Below are positions 25,601-40,600 of a stretch of DNA of 64,000 nt, piece after piece. The stretch lies in assembly GCF_947568905.1 (NCBI RefSeq), contig NC_079172.1:28892001-28956000 (forward strand). Direction: 5' to 3'. The DNA is from Ostrea edulis. Its lineage: Eukaryota. Each line of letters starts with the position of its first letter. Position 1 is the first letter of the stretch. Made by a program: the position numbers and the translations under genes. A model generated the notes under the pieces. That model had not been told where the DNA came from. It was given only the letters and a program-made list of their open reading frames with translations, and ran no database searches.

Positions 25601-28600
25601 GCATACCCAGTCTGTTTAGGATACTGATAAAGGTATCAGAGACTGTTCCAGGTGTCACAATCGGTAATTTTTTAAAATAAGAAAATGTGTACTAATAGAT
25701 AGTTAAAAGATGTTTGAGATTTATCAGAATGGCCATTTAGTAATTGACCTGTTTGTCCATCTGTCTGTAGTTCAGTCTGTCCATCTGTCTGTTGTTCAGT
25801 CTGCTACTAATGCTGTGATTAAAAGAAAAGTTACCTTTACATACATATAAAACTGCTAAAGGTTTCATCAATGTATGTTATACTAAGAGAACACAGAACA
25901 GTGTAGGAAAATGGATGAGTTTCATTTGCAGAAAGAACAAACGGATTTTAAATAAGTTCATGGTTTTTTCTTCTTCATACAGCTGAGTAGCAGTGAAGAC
26001 GAAATGGAAAGCCCAGAACAAAAGTACAAAAAATCCAGGTCGCCAAGGTAAGACATCCATTAACTGTCCACTATTGTGTGTACTTTTTTGAGGGTACTTA
26101 ATACTTAGCTGATGCGCTGTTTGGTATACAGGTAAACTTCAGTATCTCGACCATCGATATGTCAAATACCACGGATGTCTTGAAGTGAGTCAACGGTCCC
26201 GGGCAGCTTTATTATATTCATGATTTTAAATAAAAACCGTTATCTCGAACACAGAAATCTCAAATGCCTGGCTTATCTCGAAGTAGATTCACTGTCCCAA
26301 GTGCTAAAAACACAAGCGTTATCTCGAAGTCCAAGAAGTTTCTCGCTTCATTGACTTCACACCCCTAGTACACAATAATCCTGTTATGCTAATTTTACAG
26401 TCCGTTGGGTCTAGCACGGGCTTCGTAGAACCATTGCCGATAATCACGCCTGATTAGCCCCAAGCTGTTGGTTTGGGAGCTTTTTCTAATTATGCAGATG
26501 GGGTGTTTGGAGGTGAGAATGAAATGCACACTTATACGTAAGATGACACGATGATTAACAATCACGAGTATTGAAATAGGAATTTAATTTTGTCGTAATA
26601 CACGTTTACACATGCTATAACAAGTCAAAGTAAACACTAAACACATCAAAGTGATATAGAAATCAAGAATTAAACAATAAAAGACTTTATTTTTTAGTAT
26701 AGATATCAGCACCAAAATTCAAACTTCCGTGTCAAATTCATTAAATTCAATTTCTTGAACCCTCAGATATCTCGAAGTTTTTCTTCGATTCTAACAAATT
26801 CGAGATATTTAAGTTTACCTGTAATTAGGAAGAAGTATTTTTAAAAACTTAGCTGATGCGCTGTGTGGTATAATTAAGAAGAAGTATTTAAAACTTAGCT
26901 GATGCACTGTTTGTTATAATTAGGATCATGAAGAGGTACTTCTCCAATGTATGATCAAGAATTTCACATTTGAGTGCAGCAATATGAGTATAGTTCCAAA
27001 AGTTCTATAATATAAATCCTGCTAAAATAGTCATGTACAGTATTTTAGAATATACTTTTAAACAGACTCAGAAGGGTAATGAATATTTTATGTGCTGAAT
27101 TGAAAGGAATAGGGGCCAGAAATCACCACCACCAGGGCGGAGTAATTTGCAGTGTCATAGAAACTATTGTAAAGATATGTTTAAATCTAGAGAGTGGTTG
27201 GGGGGGGGTGACTTTCTTGTAATTGTACTGTGTTTAAATCTGATGATTTATGAAAATTTCAGCAAGAAGAAGAAGGAGAAAAAGCATAAGATGAAGTCAC
27301 CTAAAGCCAAGGACATGCGATCACCAAGTCCTGGGGCGAGGAAGAGGTACCGTGACATTTTACTGTTTCTGAATACGACAGAATTTAGTCTTCATTAAGA
27401 GAATTATTATGTTTTATATGTATGTTTTATACATATACTACATCTACATATAGTTTCTAGTTAATGTTGAAATCTTTTATGAAATTTCTTTCTTCATAAA
27501 GTGTCTTTGCTTTTATGCTTAAATATGGAATAAACTTATTTTGATATACGTTTAAGCATCTTGTTGTATTGCAATTACTTATAATGCATATATTTCAGAA
27601 TTGAAGAGCAAGATATTCCAAAGAAAAAGCACAAAAAAAAGAAATCTCTGGAGAAGAAACATGTGGAACTTTCTGATGAGGAGGACCAGGAAATGAAAAT
27701 GAAGAAGTTTAAAATCAAGAGTATCAAATGTAAAACCGAGAAACCCATTTTGAGTTTCCAGTCAGAGGAAGAGTATGAAGATGAACTTGCAAAGAAAACA
27801 GCTGCTAGAAAATTGTCACCTTGGTCACGTTCCCCCTCTCGCTCCATATCAAGATCAAGGTCACCCTCGGCAGAGTATGGAAGGTCAAGGAGGTCACCAG
27901 ATGAATACGAGAAGTTTCTGGTTCAGCAACAAGGAAACTCACCCATGAGCAAGAAAGGAAAGAAGGCGATACGGGCACAACTACAGTTAGAGAACTATAT
28001 GAAGGAAAAATACAAAAAAGGGAAGCAGAGAGAACTGTCACAGGAACCTAGAATGGAGAAAAAAGATCGATCATTAACTCCTGATCATGGAGATCCAAAG
28101 GGGAGCAAAAAGAAAGGCAAAAAGGACCAGAAAAAGAAACATAAAGATTCAGAAAAGGATTACTTATCTAATAGTGACTCCGAGGTGTATTCAAGAGGAG
28201 ACAAAAATTCACCAACTAAAAAGTACGATCCACCACTGGATAACAGGAACCAGAGGAGCTCAAGGCGTGACGATTATGAGCAGCAGAGAGTTTCACCTAA
28301 AGAGTATGGGGACAGCCGGTCCAAGCAGTATAAGTCTCAGGATCGGAGGGGACCAAGTCCCCCAGTAAAGGAGAGAAGAAGAACGCCCTCCCCGGACCCG
28401 GGCATTAAAATGCCGGAGTCCTACAGCAGGAAAGAGTACTCACCCCCGGAGTCTCAGAGGTAATAGAGGACCCCCATACTACACTTGTTACTGGATTTCT
28501 ATGATCTGCGAATACAGCAGTTGGTTACAAGTTGCTGTAGGTAGATGTGGATATTCCAAAGGGGAAATATCATCGAAATACAATTTATTTCTGGAAATTT

Positions 28601-31600
28601 TGAAGAGCAGTAGTACAATACAAAGTATTATCATTATCAAGAACAAGAGATTCTTTGAAAATCAAATTCAGTCCTTATTTAGCAGTTTGTAATTATACCC
28701 CCTTGCGAACAAACTTTGAGGGAGTATATATAAATCATTTTGTTTAACTGTCTTCATGGTCAAGAAGTTGTAAAACTTTATTATCTCCTGGCAGTTCATT
28801 TGGAGAGGGAATATCATAACGGCACCGTTCGTGTGTGTTTGAGTATGTGTCTGTGTAACACTGAGCTAGTAGACACTCAATCTGCAGGCCACATTTTTTG
28901 TTTGATTGATTTGATACTTCACTTGTAGCTTTATTATCAAGAGAGGAAAAATCCTAATGATCATAGAATCAAAAGGTCAAGTTCAATAGTTCATAGACAA
29001 AACTTATATTTACTGATTGCCTTATATTTACTGAATTGATTTACATTACACCAATAGCGAGTACACAGGAAAGTGATCATATCTAGCAATTTTGGGGTAG
29101 AGAGGTCAATGGTCGCATCAGCAGGACATAGAATATCATTTTTGGGCTTTAACTAATTTTAGTTTAAGTGATGAATTGTCAAACAGATTTTGATGGTTAT
29201 GGAAATGCCCCCTTTTGATATTACTTGAAAGAGCCAATTGTCAAGTACATTGGCCATGCATATAATAAAATGCTACTATTTATTCATTTTATATTCATGC
29301 TGAAGTAATTAGATTTGCATGAATTGTGATTATATGGGACAAGGATCATCTCTGGTGATTTTGGAGTCAAAAGATCAAATCTTTCTGATTGACTGGTTAA
29401 TAAATATGAAAAACTATTTATTACTTGCTGAGGGAATTTAGCTTTAATCAATGTAATCCCATTGCTGCCACCAAAATTTAACTGAAACTGGTTTATGCTT
29501 CTGCTGAGAATCGAACCCAGAACCTTGGACACAAATGTCCAGTGCTTTATCAATTAAGCTGAAGGGTTAACCCACTAGCCAGAGCTAGTAGGAAGATCAT
29601 GTATCTAACACTACCACATCAATGGTGAGTGCATGTGACAAGGATTCTTTCAAGTGATTTTGGGTTCATCAGTCAAGCGAGCTCGACACTAATATTATAT
29701 GGGAAAACAGTTTCTGGACTTTAAGTTAATTTACTTCAAACTTGGAGTCACCATCCACAAGACACAGACTTGTCATGGAATGAAAATGATCTCTGCCAAT
29801 TTTGGGGTCAAAAGGTCAAAGATGAGGCAAACTGAACTCTGAGATAGAAAAATGGTTTCTTGGCCGTAAGTGATTTCCTTGTTTACACGGAGTCATCATA
29901 CTTCACACGCAGACTAGTCTTGGGATAAGGATGATTCCTGTTGATTTTAAAGTTTACCAGATATACCTGCAGGGAGTATTAGTCCTGTTAGGACAGCCCA
30001 TTTAAATCTCAACGTAAACCTTTAACATCCTCAGTGAGTTTTGTGTTGCTTACAAAGCTTAGGACTCACTTTGTCCATCATCTGTCTGTCATGCCTTAGA
30101 CATGGAAACTGTAAGAGATAGGAACATGATATACAGCGTGTTTCTTTAGTGAAGGTTATTGAGTAGCAAGTGTTGAACATTGTACTTCTGTTTACTAGGT
30201 CAGGGTCTCAATACCAAAGAAGTCGAAGAGAACCCTCTCCCAGGGACAGGAGGGATGACAACAGTAGGTACACCAAAGACCGACGCATGGAGGAGGAGAG
30301 TCAGGGGAGAGACAAGGATGACCAGCGTCGATCCGGCAGGTACCCCTCCCCGGTGGAGCGCAGATATGAAGGTCGTCATGAACCACCTCCCAGGGCCGAG
30401 TTTGAAGGAAGATCAGACAGGTAGGGATCTGGACAACACCTCCTGTGGCTATTTTCAATTGTAAGAGAATAAGTGTCCAAAAAGTATGTAGCACTGACTT
30501 TAAAGCTCGGAGTATTAAAGTCGGAAATGTGTGTTCAACTGTTTCATTTTATCAGTCATAAAAATACTGTAACATCATTCAGGGGTTTGATATTTGTTGT
30601 TTAATTGTGACATGGACATTCTTGTAAATTTAAATTCACAAAGAGAAATTGAAATACAATCAAGAATAACAGCTCTTAAACCTTGAAATCGGGTCTCTAG
30701 AAACATGATTATTTTTCTTTTTTTTAATGAAAATCTTACCCCATTAAAATGAATAATTGTACAGTAAATATCCTCTGTATTTTAATTGATTTTTTTGTTT
30801 GATTAGTGTTTATCATCACTTTCTTATATACAGTACACAAAATATTATTTTGAATTTAATGTGAAGTCTCTCTTTCCCACATTTGTAAGGAACCTGAGTG
30901 TTTACTTTATTCATTTAATGTTTGCCTATTTTTCATGACGATTTAGTGATAGATCTTTAGTAGTATCAATCAAACGATAATTTCTTTAAGTATGCAATAA
31001 TGCACATTGATCTTGACCTGAAAATCAATAGGGGTAATCTCCTAGACATTATTAACTTGCTTATGACGATATGAAGATTGATGACCATTTGGCAAGAGGT
31101 TCTCTAGATATTGGTTGGACAACAGCGGATCTCTGCATGCCAGAAAGCTCCATGACTGTTTTGACATTTTGACCTGAAAATCAATAGGGATCATTGACTA
31201 GTCATGATCAATCTGCATATGAAGATTGATCACCATTGGACAAATGTTTCTATAGTTATTGGTCAGGAAACACTTGAGTCTTCCAACCGACAGGTGAAAC
31301 TGATATGCCCTTTGTTTTAAGGGGAGGGGGTTGGGGGGCATAAATATTTAAGATTATGCACACTGTTTTGAAAAGTGTTTTGTGTGGCAAAAACCTGCAG
31401 TTGACATGTAGACTTATTCCATAGCCTTGGTTGCTTACTGTGAAAAACTTAATTTACCTTTGCTTTTCCCGTTAATTTTCAAACAAACCAGCAGCCGTGG
31501 TAGGTATATGGAAAGAGAAAGGGAGTCCTATGACGACCGCTTTGACCTACCACCAACGCCACACTCAGAGGATATCCGAGATCGTAATAGAGGCCCTTAC

Positions 31601-34600
31601 AGACAGCGGGGCGGACCACTACCCCCAGAACCTTATGAAAGGAACAGAAGGGGACCTCCCCCTGATAGATATGACAGGGATAAGCGTGGCCCTCTAGAGG
31701 GGTATGGAAGAGACAAACATGGACCCATGCTGGACGTTTTTGATAGAGAACGATATCCCAGGGAAAGAGATCGATATGGATCTAGGGATCAACGACCTGA
31801 CCTCAGGGATTCAAGATACGAGGGTAAGAATTTCTGATAAATTCTACAACTAATACAGTAAAACATGCTTATAGTGAAGTGCTGGGGACTAACAATTACA
31901 GTAAAACACGCTTATATTGAAGTGCTGGGGACAAACAATTACAGTAAAACACACTTAAAGTGAAATGCTGGGGACGAACAATTACAGTAAAACATGCTTA
32001 CATTGATGTGCAGAGAACAAACAATTACAGTAAAACATGCTTATAGTGAAGTGCTGGAGACAAACAATTACAGTAAAACACACTTAAAGTGAAGTGCTGG
32101 GGACGAACAATTTCAGTAAAAGACACTTATAGTGAAGTGCTGGGGATAAACAATTACAGTAAAACACACTTATAGTGAAGTGCTGGGGATAAACAATTAC
32201 AGTAAAACACACTTATAGTGAAGTGCTGAGGAGAAACAATTACAGTAAAACATGCTTATAGTGAAGTGCTGGAGACAAACAATTACAGTAAAACACACTT
32301 AAAGTGAAGTGCTGGGGACAAACAATTACAGTAAAACACACTTATAGTGAAGTGCTGAGGACAAACAATTACAGTAAAACATGCTTATATTGAAGTGCTG
32401 GGGATGAACAATTACAGTAAAACACACTTATAGTGAAATGCTGGGGATGAACAATTACAGTAAAACATGCTTACAGTGAAGTGCTGGAGACAAACAATTA
32501 CAGTAAAACACACTTACAGTGAAGTGCTGGGGACGGACAATTACAATAAAACACATTTACAGTGAAGTGCTGGGGACAAACAAGTGACCCTTCCAAATTT
32601 TGTACAAAATGTAAGAAACAGATATTTTAAACATTGAATGAATACAGTATCTAATACCTTTTTGTTGCACCATCCTATCGTATGGATATAAGCGGTAGTT
32701 AATAAAGAACAAACCCATGACTGTTAATGATAATTATCAAAAGATAAATTAATTTTCTTGGTTTCCATAGACTTAGAATTCCTAAGAAATATTCAAATTA
32801 TAATTTCATATTTACTATTGTACTTTTCAAAAACGTCAAAACAAATTTGTTAATGACATAGCAATGGATGTAAACAGAGTCTTTATAGGTAAGAGGAATT
32901 CCAATAAAAGGCCTCTGTGTTTTCTTTATATACCTCATTATAGATTTTCAGTTTCAAATTAGATGATTCGGCGAGAATATTTCTTGTAATAATAATCGGT
33001 AGGTAAATTTTTGTACAAGCGACTAATTTGATCTCCACCAATAATTGATCATAGACTACCAGATCAAAGTAAACAAAACCTACTTTGAGAGAATTGAGAT
33101 AAAATGTCTCTAACTGCTAAATTTTCTGGTAAACTGGCCACCGCTCTAAACCGGCCGTTTGGTTCGGTCCGAGAACCAACCAGTTTAGAGAAGTTTCACT
33201 GTAAGTTTTAAATTACAGGGAATGAAACTTCGCTGTAAGTGTAAATTCATTATAAACATGCTCACTGTAACCATGTTTTACTGTAGGTGTGAATTCATTA
33301 TATGTGTGTTCACTATAACCATGTTTTACTATAAGTGTGAATTTATTATAAGTGTGTTCACTGTAACCGTGTTTTACTGTAAGTATGAATCCTTTATAAG
33401 TGTGTTCACTGTAACTGTGTTTTACTGTAAGTGTGAATTTATTATAGGTGTGTTCACTGTAACTGTGTTTTACTGTAAGTGTGAATTCATTATAAGCGTG
33501 TTCACTGTAACCATGTTTTACTGTAAGTGTGAATTTATTATAAGTGTGTTCACTGTAACTGTGTTTTACTGTAAGTATGGATTCATTATAAGTGTGTTCA
33601 CTGTAACTGTGTTTTACTGTAAGTGTGAATTTATTTTAAGTGTGTTCACTGTAACTGTGTTTTATTGTAAGTGTAAAACACAGTTACAGTGAACAGGCTT
33701 ATAATGAATTCACGCTTACAGTAAAACACAGTTACAGTGAACACACTTATAATGAATTCACACTTACAGTAAAACACAGTTACAGTGAACACACTTATAT
33801 TGAATTGACACTTACAGTAAAACACAGTTACAGTGAACACACTTATAATGAATTCACACTTACAGTAAAACACAGTTACATTGAACACACTTATAATGAA
33901 TTCACACCTACAATAAAACAGTTACAGTGAACACACTTATAATGAATTCACACCGACAGTAAAACACAGTTACAGTGAACACACTTATAATGAATTCACA
34001 CCGACAGTAAAACAGTAGACTTGAGCTAGTACATCACTATTGAGTATAGAAATGGCTCATGCAGATGATAAGAAATGGATCAAAACACCTTCAGTCATTG
34101 TTAAAATATGACTTTGGTGCTGTTTAAATCAAGACCATGTTTTTAACTGTTTGATTAATCAGTAGAAATGATCTTTTCCTTTTATCAGGAGGTAGGGATC
34201 CATTCGATAACAGAGGACCCTCTCCTGGGGAATTTGCGTGGGAGCAGAATCGCCGCGGTGGTCCCTGGCCGCCACCACCATCTTCTAGAAGTCGTGTTGC
34301 TCCACAACCACCACCACTCATGGGTGAGGAATAGAATGCATAGTTTTAAGCAATGTGCTAACTTGTCATGTAGAGGTTTTTTCCTATATGCATATATTAC
34401 AGAAGTCTTTGATAATTTCTTCAAATGTAATATGATGGCATGGATTAGTGATCTGAGCATGCACTGTATGTTAGGAGTTTTATGCATTTGCTTATTGTGT
34501 TTTTGATTTTTATGAATCACAATATCTCTTTGCTACACTTCTTTTAAAACTATTCTTGAAGTACATGTATATGTAAGAAAGATTCTTATGTAAACTTTAT

Positions 34601-37600
34601 TGGAGAGTTTGTATAAAAACTGTTAACTTTTTACACAACACAAAGGGAATAGAGAGAAATGAAGCCGTGTTTTAAGTAATCCAGCCTTGAGTAATACACA
34701 TTGGGTAAGGTTTGTCAAGGCTTGTGACATGATCTTGAAATCGTTCATATGATATACGTACATCATAAAATATGACACTGAGAGTTATCAAATCCTGTCA
34801 GTTGGTTCATCTACGGAGGGAGGTGTGTTACAATCTTTAAAGGTCACAGTGACCTCAATTTGGAGCTGTATGGAAATTTCATAGAAAAATTTTGTGCAAG
34901 GACAGACTTGAGGATGAAACATGATCAGTGATTTTTAATTCATAAGTGAAATCAACATACCTGTATATAAATATCTGACTCTAGACATGTATTTCACTGT
35001 CTAGACATATATTTGATTGTCTAGACTTATATTTCACTGTCTAAACATGCATTTCTCTGTGTAGACATGTATTTCACTGTCTAGAATTCCAAGAGTAATA
35101 ATCAAAGATAAATTTAATTTGAGAGAAACTTTTGTAATTTTCATTGTTTTCAAAAGGACTATATCAAAACTCTATGTTTTCAGTGAATTTTCTCACAGTT
35201 TTGTTTAGGATGGAATAACATGGCAAAATAATACACATTTCTTGATTTGAATACCATTTTAGTAAATGAAATGAGAGCTGCATAGGAACAAAATTGGATT
35301 TCAAAAGTTTCTTTGGTATGCAAATATACAAACTATTTATCCTTGTATATCTTAGCACATGTTCTCATACACAAACTGGGGTAAATTCCTTTACATCCTG
35401 GATTAAAAATTAAAATTAACAACATCCAATTTGAATTGGAACTGTACTTGGATACAAAGCTGATTTTATTTTTTACTTTGACCTAAGCTTTATTCAAATT
35501 TCGGCAGACACTGCAACCCCCACACTTAACTATAACATTATAATATTTTATGTAAAAAAGGCAGACATGTTTGTGTAGTAAAGCACTTTTTCGCAAGCTT
35601 TATTTTGGTTGTTTTTTTTTTTTTTATTTGTTGTTTTTTATTTTTGCTTTACATTAACAATTTGCAGAGGTAGATTTTCAGGAGCATGGTCTGTTGCTAT
35701 GGAAACCATTTGCATGCAGAGGCTGTATAGTCAATGAGGTGTGACTGGCCATTCATGCATAGCATATTGTTTGATACTAACATTGTATGTTTGTAGGCCC
35801 AGACAGAGGTTATCGACCCCCAGACCGCTATCCAGACTATGGACCCCCTCTCCCAGGTTTGTGGCCCCAATATTTCAGGTCAAAAGGTCAAGAATTCATC
35901 TTTATTATGTGATTTTATTTTCTTTAACATTCACAACTTGTCTTTCAGTTGAAATCCAAAACACAGAATTTTGAGAGCATCTTGTTACTATCTCACATGC
36001 AATCATTTTGAAATCAACTAAATCTTGCACTTTCCAATTTCTTAGCACTACATTTTGCTTAATATATTGAATAAGATATTGCAATCAAGTTTGAATGATT
36101 GTATGCCTGCCCTAATAATATTTTTATCAAAGTTTTGCATGTTGCAATTAAAGTATATAATAAAAATGTTTTTTGATATCATGAAGCTCTTGTTTTGAAA
36201 TCATGATATATGTATATGAATTACTTTTGAACAGTCTTGAAGAAAAGTGAAACATTCTCTCATAAGAGAATGATCTTAAACAATTAGAGACATTTTATAG
36301 GAGGAATTTAAATTCAGCTGTAATTTTTTTTTCTGATTAAGAATTTGAATTTAGGTGTAATTCCATTATATCAAAATCCTGAAATTCACTATATAGATGT
36401 ACAAAAAATTCTATATTAGGATTATTTTACATTCTGATTTATACTGTGGTTTTTAACCCCACCCCACAAATGAAGTTTAGGGGTGTTACAATGGAATCAT
36501 CTGTTCATTGTTCCATAGACATAATTACTTTAACACATACAAGTGAATATCTAACATGAATAATGAAGTCGGACACCTGCTGTTTTGATTAAGAATTTTG
36601 AACTTTCAAGGAACTTCTGGATGTTTGTGTCATTTTAAGGGTGTGTTATCATTGTCCAGAGTATCTTTCAAACCCATTTATTCTTCAATGAGCACAAATT
36701 CACTATTTCCCACCATCCAATGTGCCCTGCAGGGGGTATTAGTCCCGCTAGGACAGTTTTAGCTTCAGTCATGCATACATGCCCTATTTCTTATTACAAA
36801 TATTTATGTAGCTTTTTGCCAAGACACATGACCAAGGAAAGAATTTCCAAGAGAAATCTCAATCACATGACTTAAAATTTTACTGATTAAAACGGACTTC
36901 CCCAGCAGGTGGCAGGTACGACTCTCCAAGAGATCACCGCGGAGAGAGGGGGGACTGGGATAGACAGGACCTCAGAGACGATTTCTTCCCCCCAGAAAGG
37001 AGGGACTGGGAGCGTCATGATGACCGGAGGGACTATCCCCCACCCCGAGAAGATGACCGCTTCATGGACAGGCCTGACGATAGATACAGAGAAAGGCATG
37101 TGATTTTGTTGTCTTTGAAACTTTTACCTTATGTTGAAGACACGAGAGAGGGATATGTTTTTATGTATAAAATGGTTTTGATTAGAAACATCTTGTAATG
37201 GACCTGTTTCTTTGTTTAAAATGTACATTTCTTTGAATATGAGTTAGGATTCCATGAGATGAGGCTGAATAGCACTCTGAGTAGAAACAATTGCCACCAA
37301 GGGAATCTGTGATCCGCTAGCGAACTATATTTTCTGCAGAATCTATTGTTGGTCATGCCGTGTATCGATAATGTTCATGTATTATTTTTAACAGCCGTTA
37401 TGACAGAAAAGCTGATGACAGACGGAATGATGACAGGTCAAAGCGGGATCGCTATGGTGACGATAGGTCAGAGAGACAAGATAGAGACAAGGGTGAATCT
37501 GGAGGACGGGCAGATTACGAACGTGAACGTCGCCGAGGAGGGTCACCAGACCGAAGACGGGACCTGTCACTAGACCGTAAGGGGGAGGCATCTAGGGATC

Positions 37601-40600
37601 GCAGGAGGGAGGGATCGCCTGACAGGCAGCAGGGAGGGTCACATGACCAACTAAGTGCAGAGTCAAAAGAGAAGTATCGTGATGAAGGGGATAGAAGGAA
37701 GGAGGAAGTAAGTGAAAGGAAAAGTGATAGATCAGTGGATAGAAAGAGAGAAGAAAGACGGAGAGAGGAAAGAGGGCAAGGAGCAAGTGATGGTAGGCGA
37801 AAGGAGGGATCACAGGAGAAACCCACAGATGGCTCGCCTGATAGGCTGAAGGAGAAGTCACATGACAAAAGGTGGGAGGAGTCACCTGAGAGGTCTGTAG
37901 GTGATAAGGAAACAGAGAGACGGAGAGGAGAAGAGGAGAGAGGTCGGAGAGAGCCGGAGAACAAAGAGGAGAGAACCAGTCAAGGGCGAGAGAAGATGTC
38001 TCGAGACAAACAAGATCCAACTCCGGTATGATCCTCTACTATAAATCCCTCTTATTTCGCAAGGTCTGGTCTCGTAAAATTACATGTAAATATTGTTCTT
38101 GTGAATTATATGTGATTTACAGTTTAACATGGTGATGATCATTTATCTCAGTATGGTGCACTCCAACCGATTCAGTTAACCTGGTCTTTAAGTACTATTT
38201 TTCTCTAGAATTTCCTCATGCAGTATAATTAGTCAATCATAAAGTATTGCTATGAGGAGAGGTAGAATTTTAAGAAGAAATTTTGATCAGTAATTAATGG
38301 AATTATGTTTTTGTGTTGCAAAAGTATTTTTCAAGAAACAAAATATATTACAGACCAAGAAAAAAGACAAGAAAACAAAAAAGTCTCACAAAGAAAAGTC
38401 TAAAGAGGAAGTGAAGACTGAGGAAAAAAAGGAGAAAGCAGAACCAAGGAAGGAAAGCAGGTATTATACAGGGATGTAAATATACAGAAAGTTAGCAGGA
38501 TGTGATAGTATTGGGAAATGTAACAGGAATGTAGAAATACAGGATGTGGCAGTAAAGGGAAATGTAAGGCCACATCAAATCGATTCTTTGGTTCTCAGAC
38601 ACCGCCACCCCCCAAAAATCGGCCGCTGACACAAGTTTGCCGCCCCGGAAAAAAATCGCCGCCGCCTGTATTTGATCCGTCAAAATAAAATTCGTGTTTT
38701 GGCACCAAAATCGTGAAGAGCCTTGCTGAATAAGACGTGCTGCTTAGTTGATGTAAACAATATGGTGACAGAAACAGTTCTTGTCAGCATTGAGATTATT
38801 TTTAAACTCAAAACAGATTGTTCCATGGCCAATTATACTGGTAGACTCATCCTTGACAGTTGATACGCTTTGCAAGAAACTTCTGGGTGGTGAATTTAAA
38901 GAAATTGAAACCATGAAGGAACAAATTGATGAAAGCAAGGCTGAGTTGAAGTACGACGTTTTCGTAGGTCAAAACAAAACTACTGACAGCGATAAGGTTT
39001 TTTCAACAGTGAACATTTTATTTGCATAAAGATCTACAATATAAAAGCATGACAAACATATAAAACAAGACAAGAAACAGAATGAAAAGAAGCTATATGG
39101 TGTTGAATACCATTTGTAAAACTTTCTTCACAACACAAAAATTAAACCACGGACAAAAAATCCCTACCCATTTGTGACATGGAGATAAACTGAAAAATTG
39201 AACCCCCTATCTACCTACCCATTTTTTGAAAAACAATTGTCTGAGAACCAGAGAATCGATTTGATGTGGCTTAACAAGGATGTAAAAACAAAGGAAGTTA
39301 GGAGTAGGTGACAGTAAAGGGAAATGTAACAGGGATATAAAAATACTGACAGTATTGGAAAATGTAATAGGATTGTAAACGCAAAAGAGATTTACAGGAT
39401 AATCTAAAGCTAATGATATTATATAAAGCGTAATTACATGATTAAATGGTTGCTACACAAGTAGTGCTTCTATAAATTCTATGGTTGCAGTTTTATTCTA
39501 CTATATACACATTATAATTCCTTAGATAGAGAGTAGAATGCAATGCAAATAAATGCGAGATTTTCAGAATCTGCGAGAATAACTTCCCACAATTTTACAC
39601 AAATATTAATTTCTTAATTTTGATGAGGAATCTACAGGTTTGGGCCTAAATTGTGCCTAGAAAAACATGAAAGTACACACAGTGTTGGGTTTTTTTCCCT
39701 TCCCACTGGTGCTGGTACCAGTACCCATTCAATTGGGAAAAATAGTGTCAGCATCGAACAAATTGGGAATTTTCTACCAATGTATCAGCAAATGATTTCA
39801 ACTAAAAGAAAAAAAAATAAAGAAGAAAACAAGAAGTTGTGAGACATCAGGAATCGTCGTAGGCTCGTTAAAGAATCTTCGTAGCTCTACAACACGCACA
39901 CTGCCATGATCTGCACTTGCGATTTAATACCGGAAGTGAACATTTTAGTTAACTTGTACGTTTCAGACGAAGTAAATTACGATGTCATTGATCTATTTTT
40001 CAGCAAGTGAATTGGGAATTTTCAGTCTCAAAATTGGGAAAAGTCAACGTTTCTTGGTATTGGGAATGGTACCTTTTATCGGTACCAGTTATATTAGGGG
40101 GGAAAACACTGACACATGAAATCTTTGAAATGAATAATATATTTACAACCATATTTGCACCATTTCTTGTAATACATACATAAATGGCAAGAATATTTAA
40201 TCTTTCTCGCAAACTTTCTCGATTTCTGGAAAAGAATATGATGCAAAAATTTGTACGTTTTCATTAAAAATCTAAGAAAAGTCCAATATTGATGACATCG
40301 ATATTGGGATTACAAAAAAACTTTCTATAATTTAAAAGATATATATAGGAAATCTGTACATGCACCGTTCATTCAGATAAAGTCAATTTTGCCTCAAAAA
40401 AGTTCATGTTAGTCGGGGGTCAGTTCAGACCTTTAATGTGCGAGTTTCTCAATTATCAATGCACTATACAGAGGAGTTGGGTGGAATAGCTGAGGTTAAT
40501 ATAGTTTTCGGTTTGTTTCAGAAAACGAGGTCGTGATGATAAAGACAAGTCTGTATCACCTTCACCTAGAGCACGAGAAGCTGACGTATCCCCCACACCA

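Noticed and set aside
29497-29565. tRNA-like sequence on the minus strand
   Set aside because: Only degenerate A/B boxes and no cloverleaf; best read as a SINE head inside another repeat.
33222-33888. Cys-rich ORFs (FYCKCEFIISVFTVTV)n suggesting a metallothionein-like protein
   Set aside because: Translation of a 45-bp intronic minisatellite that occurs in both orientations, with no splice signals.
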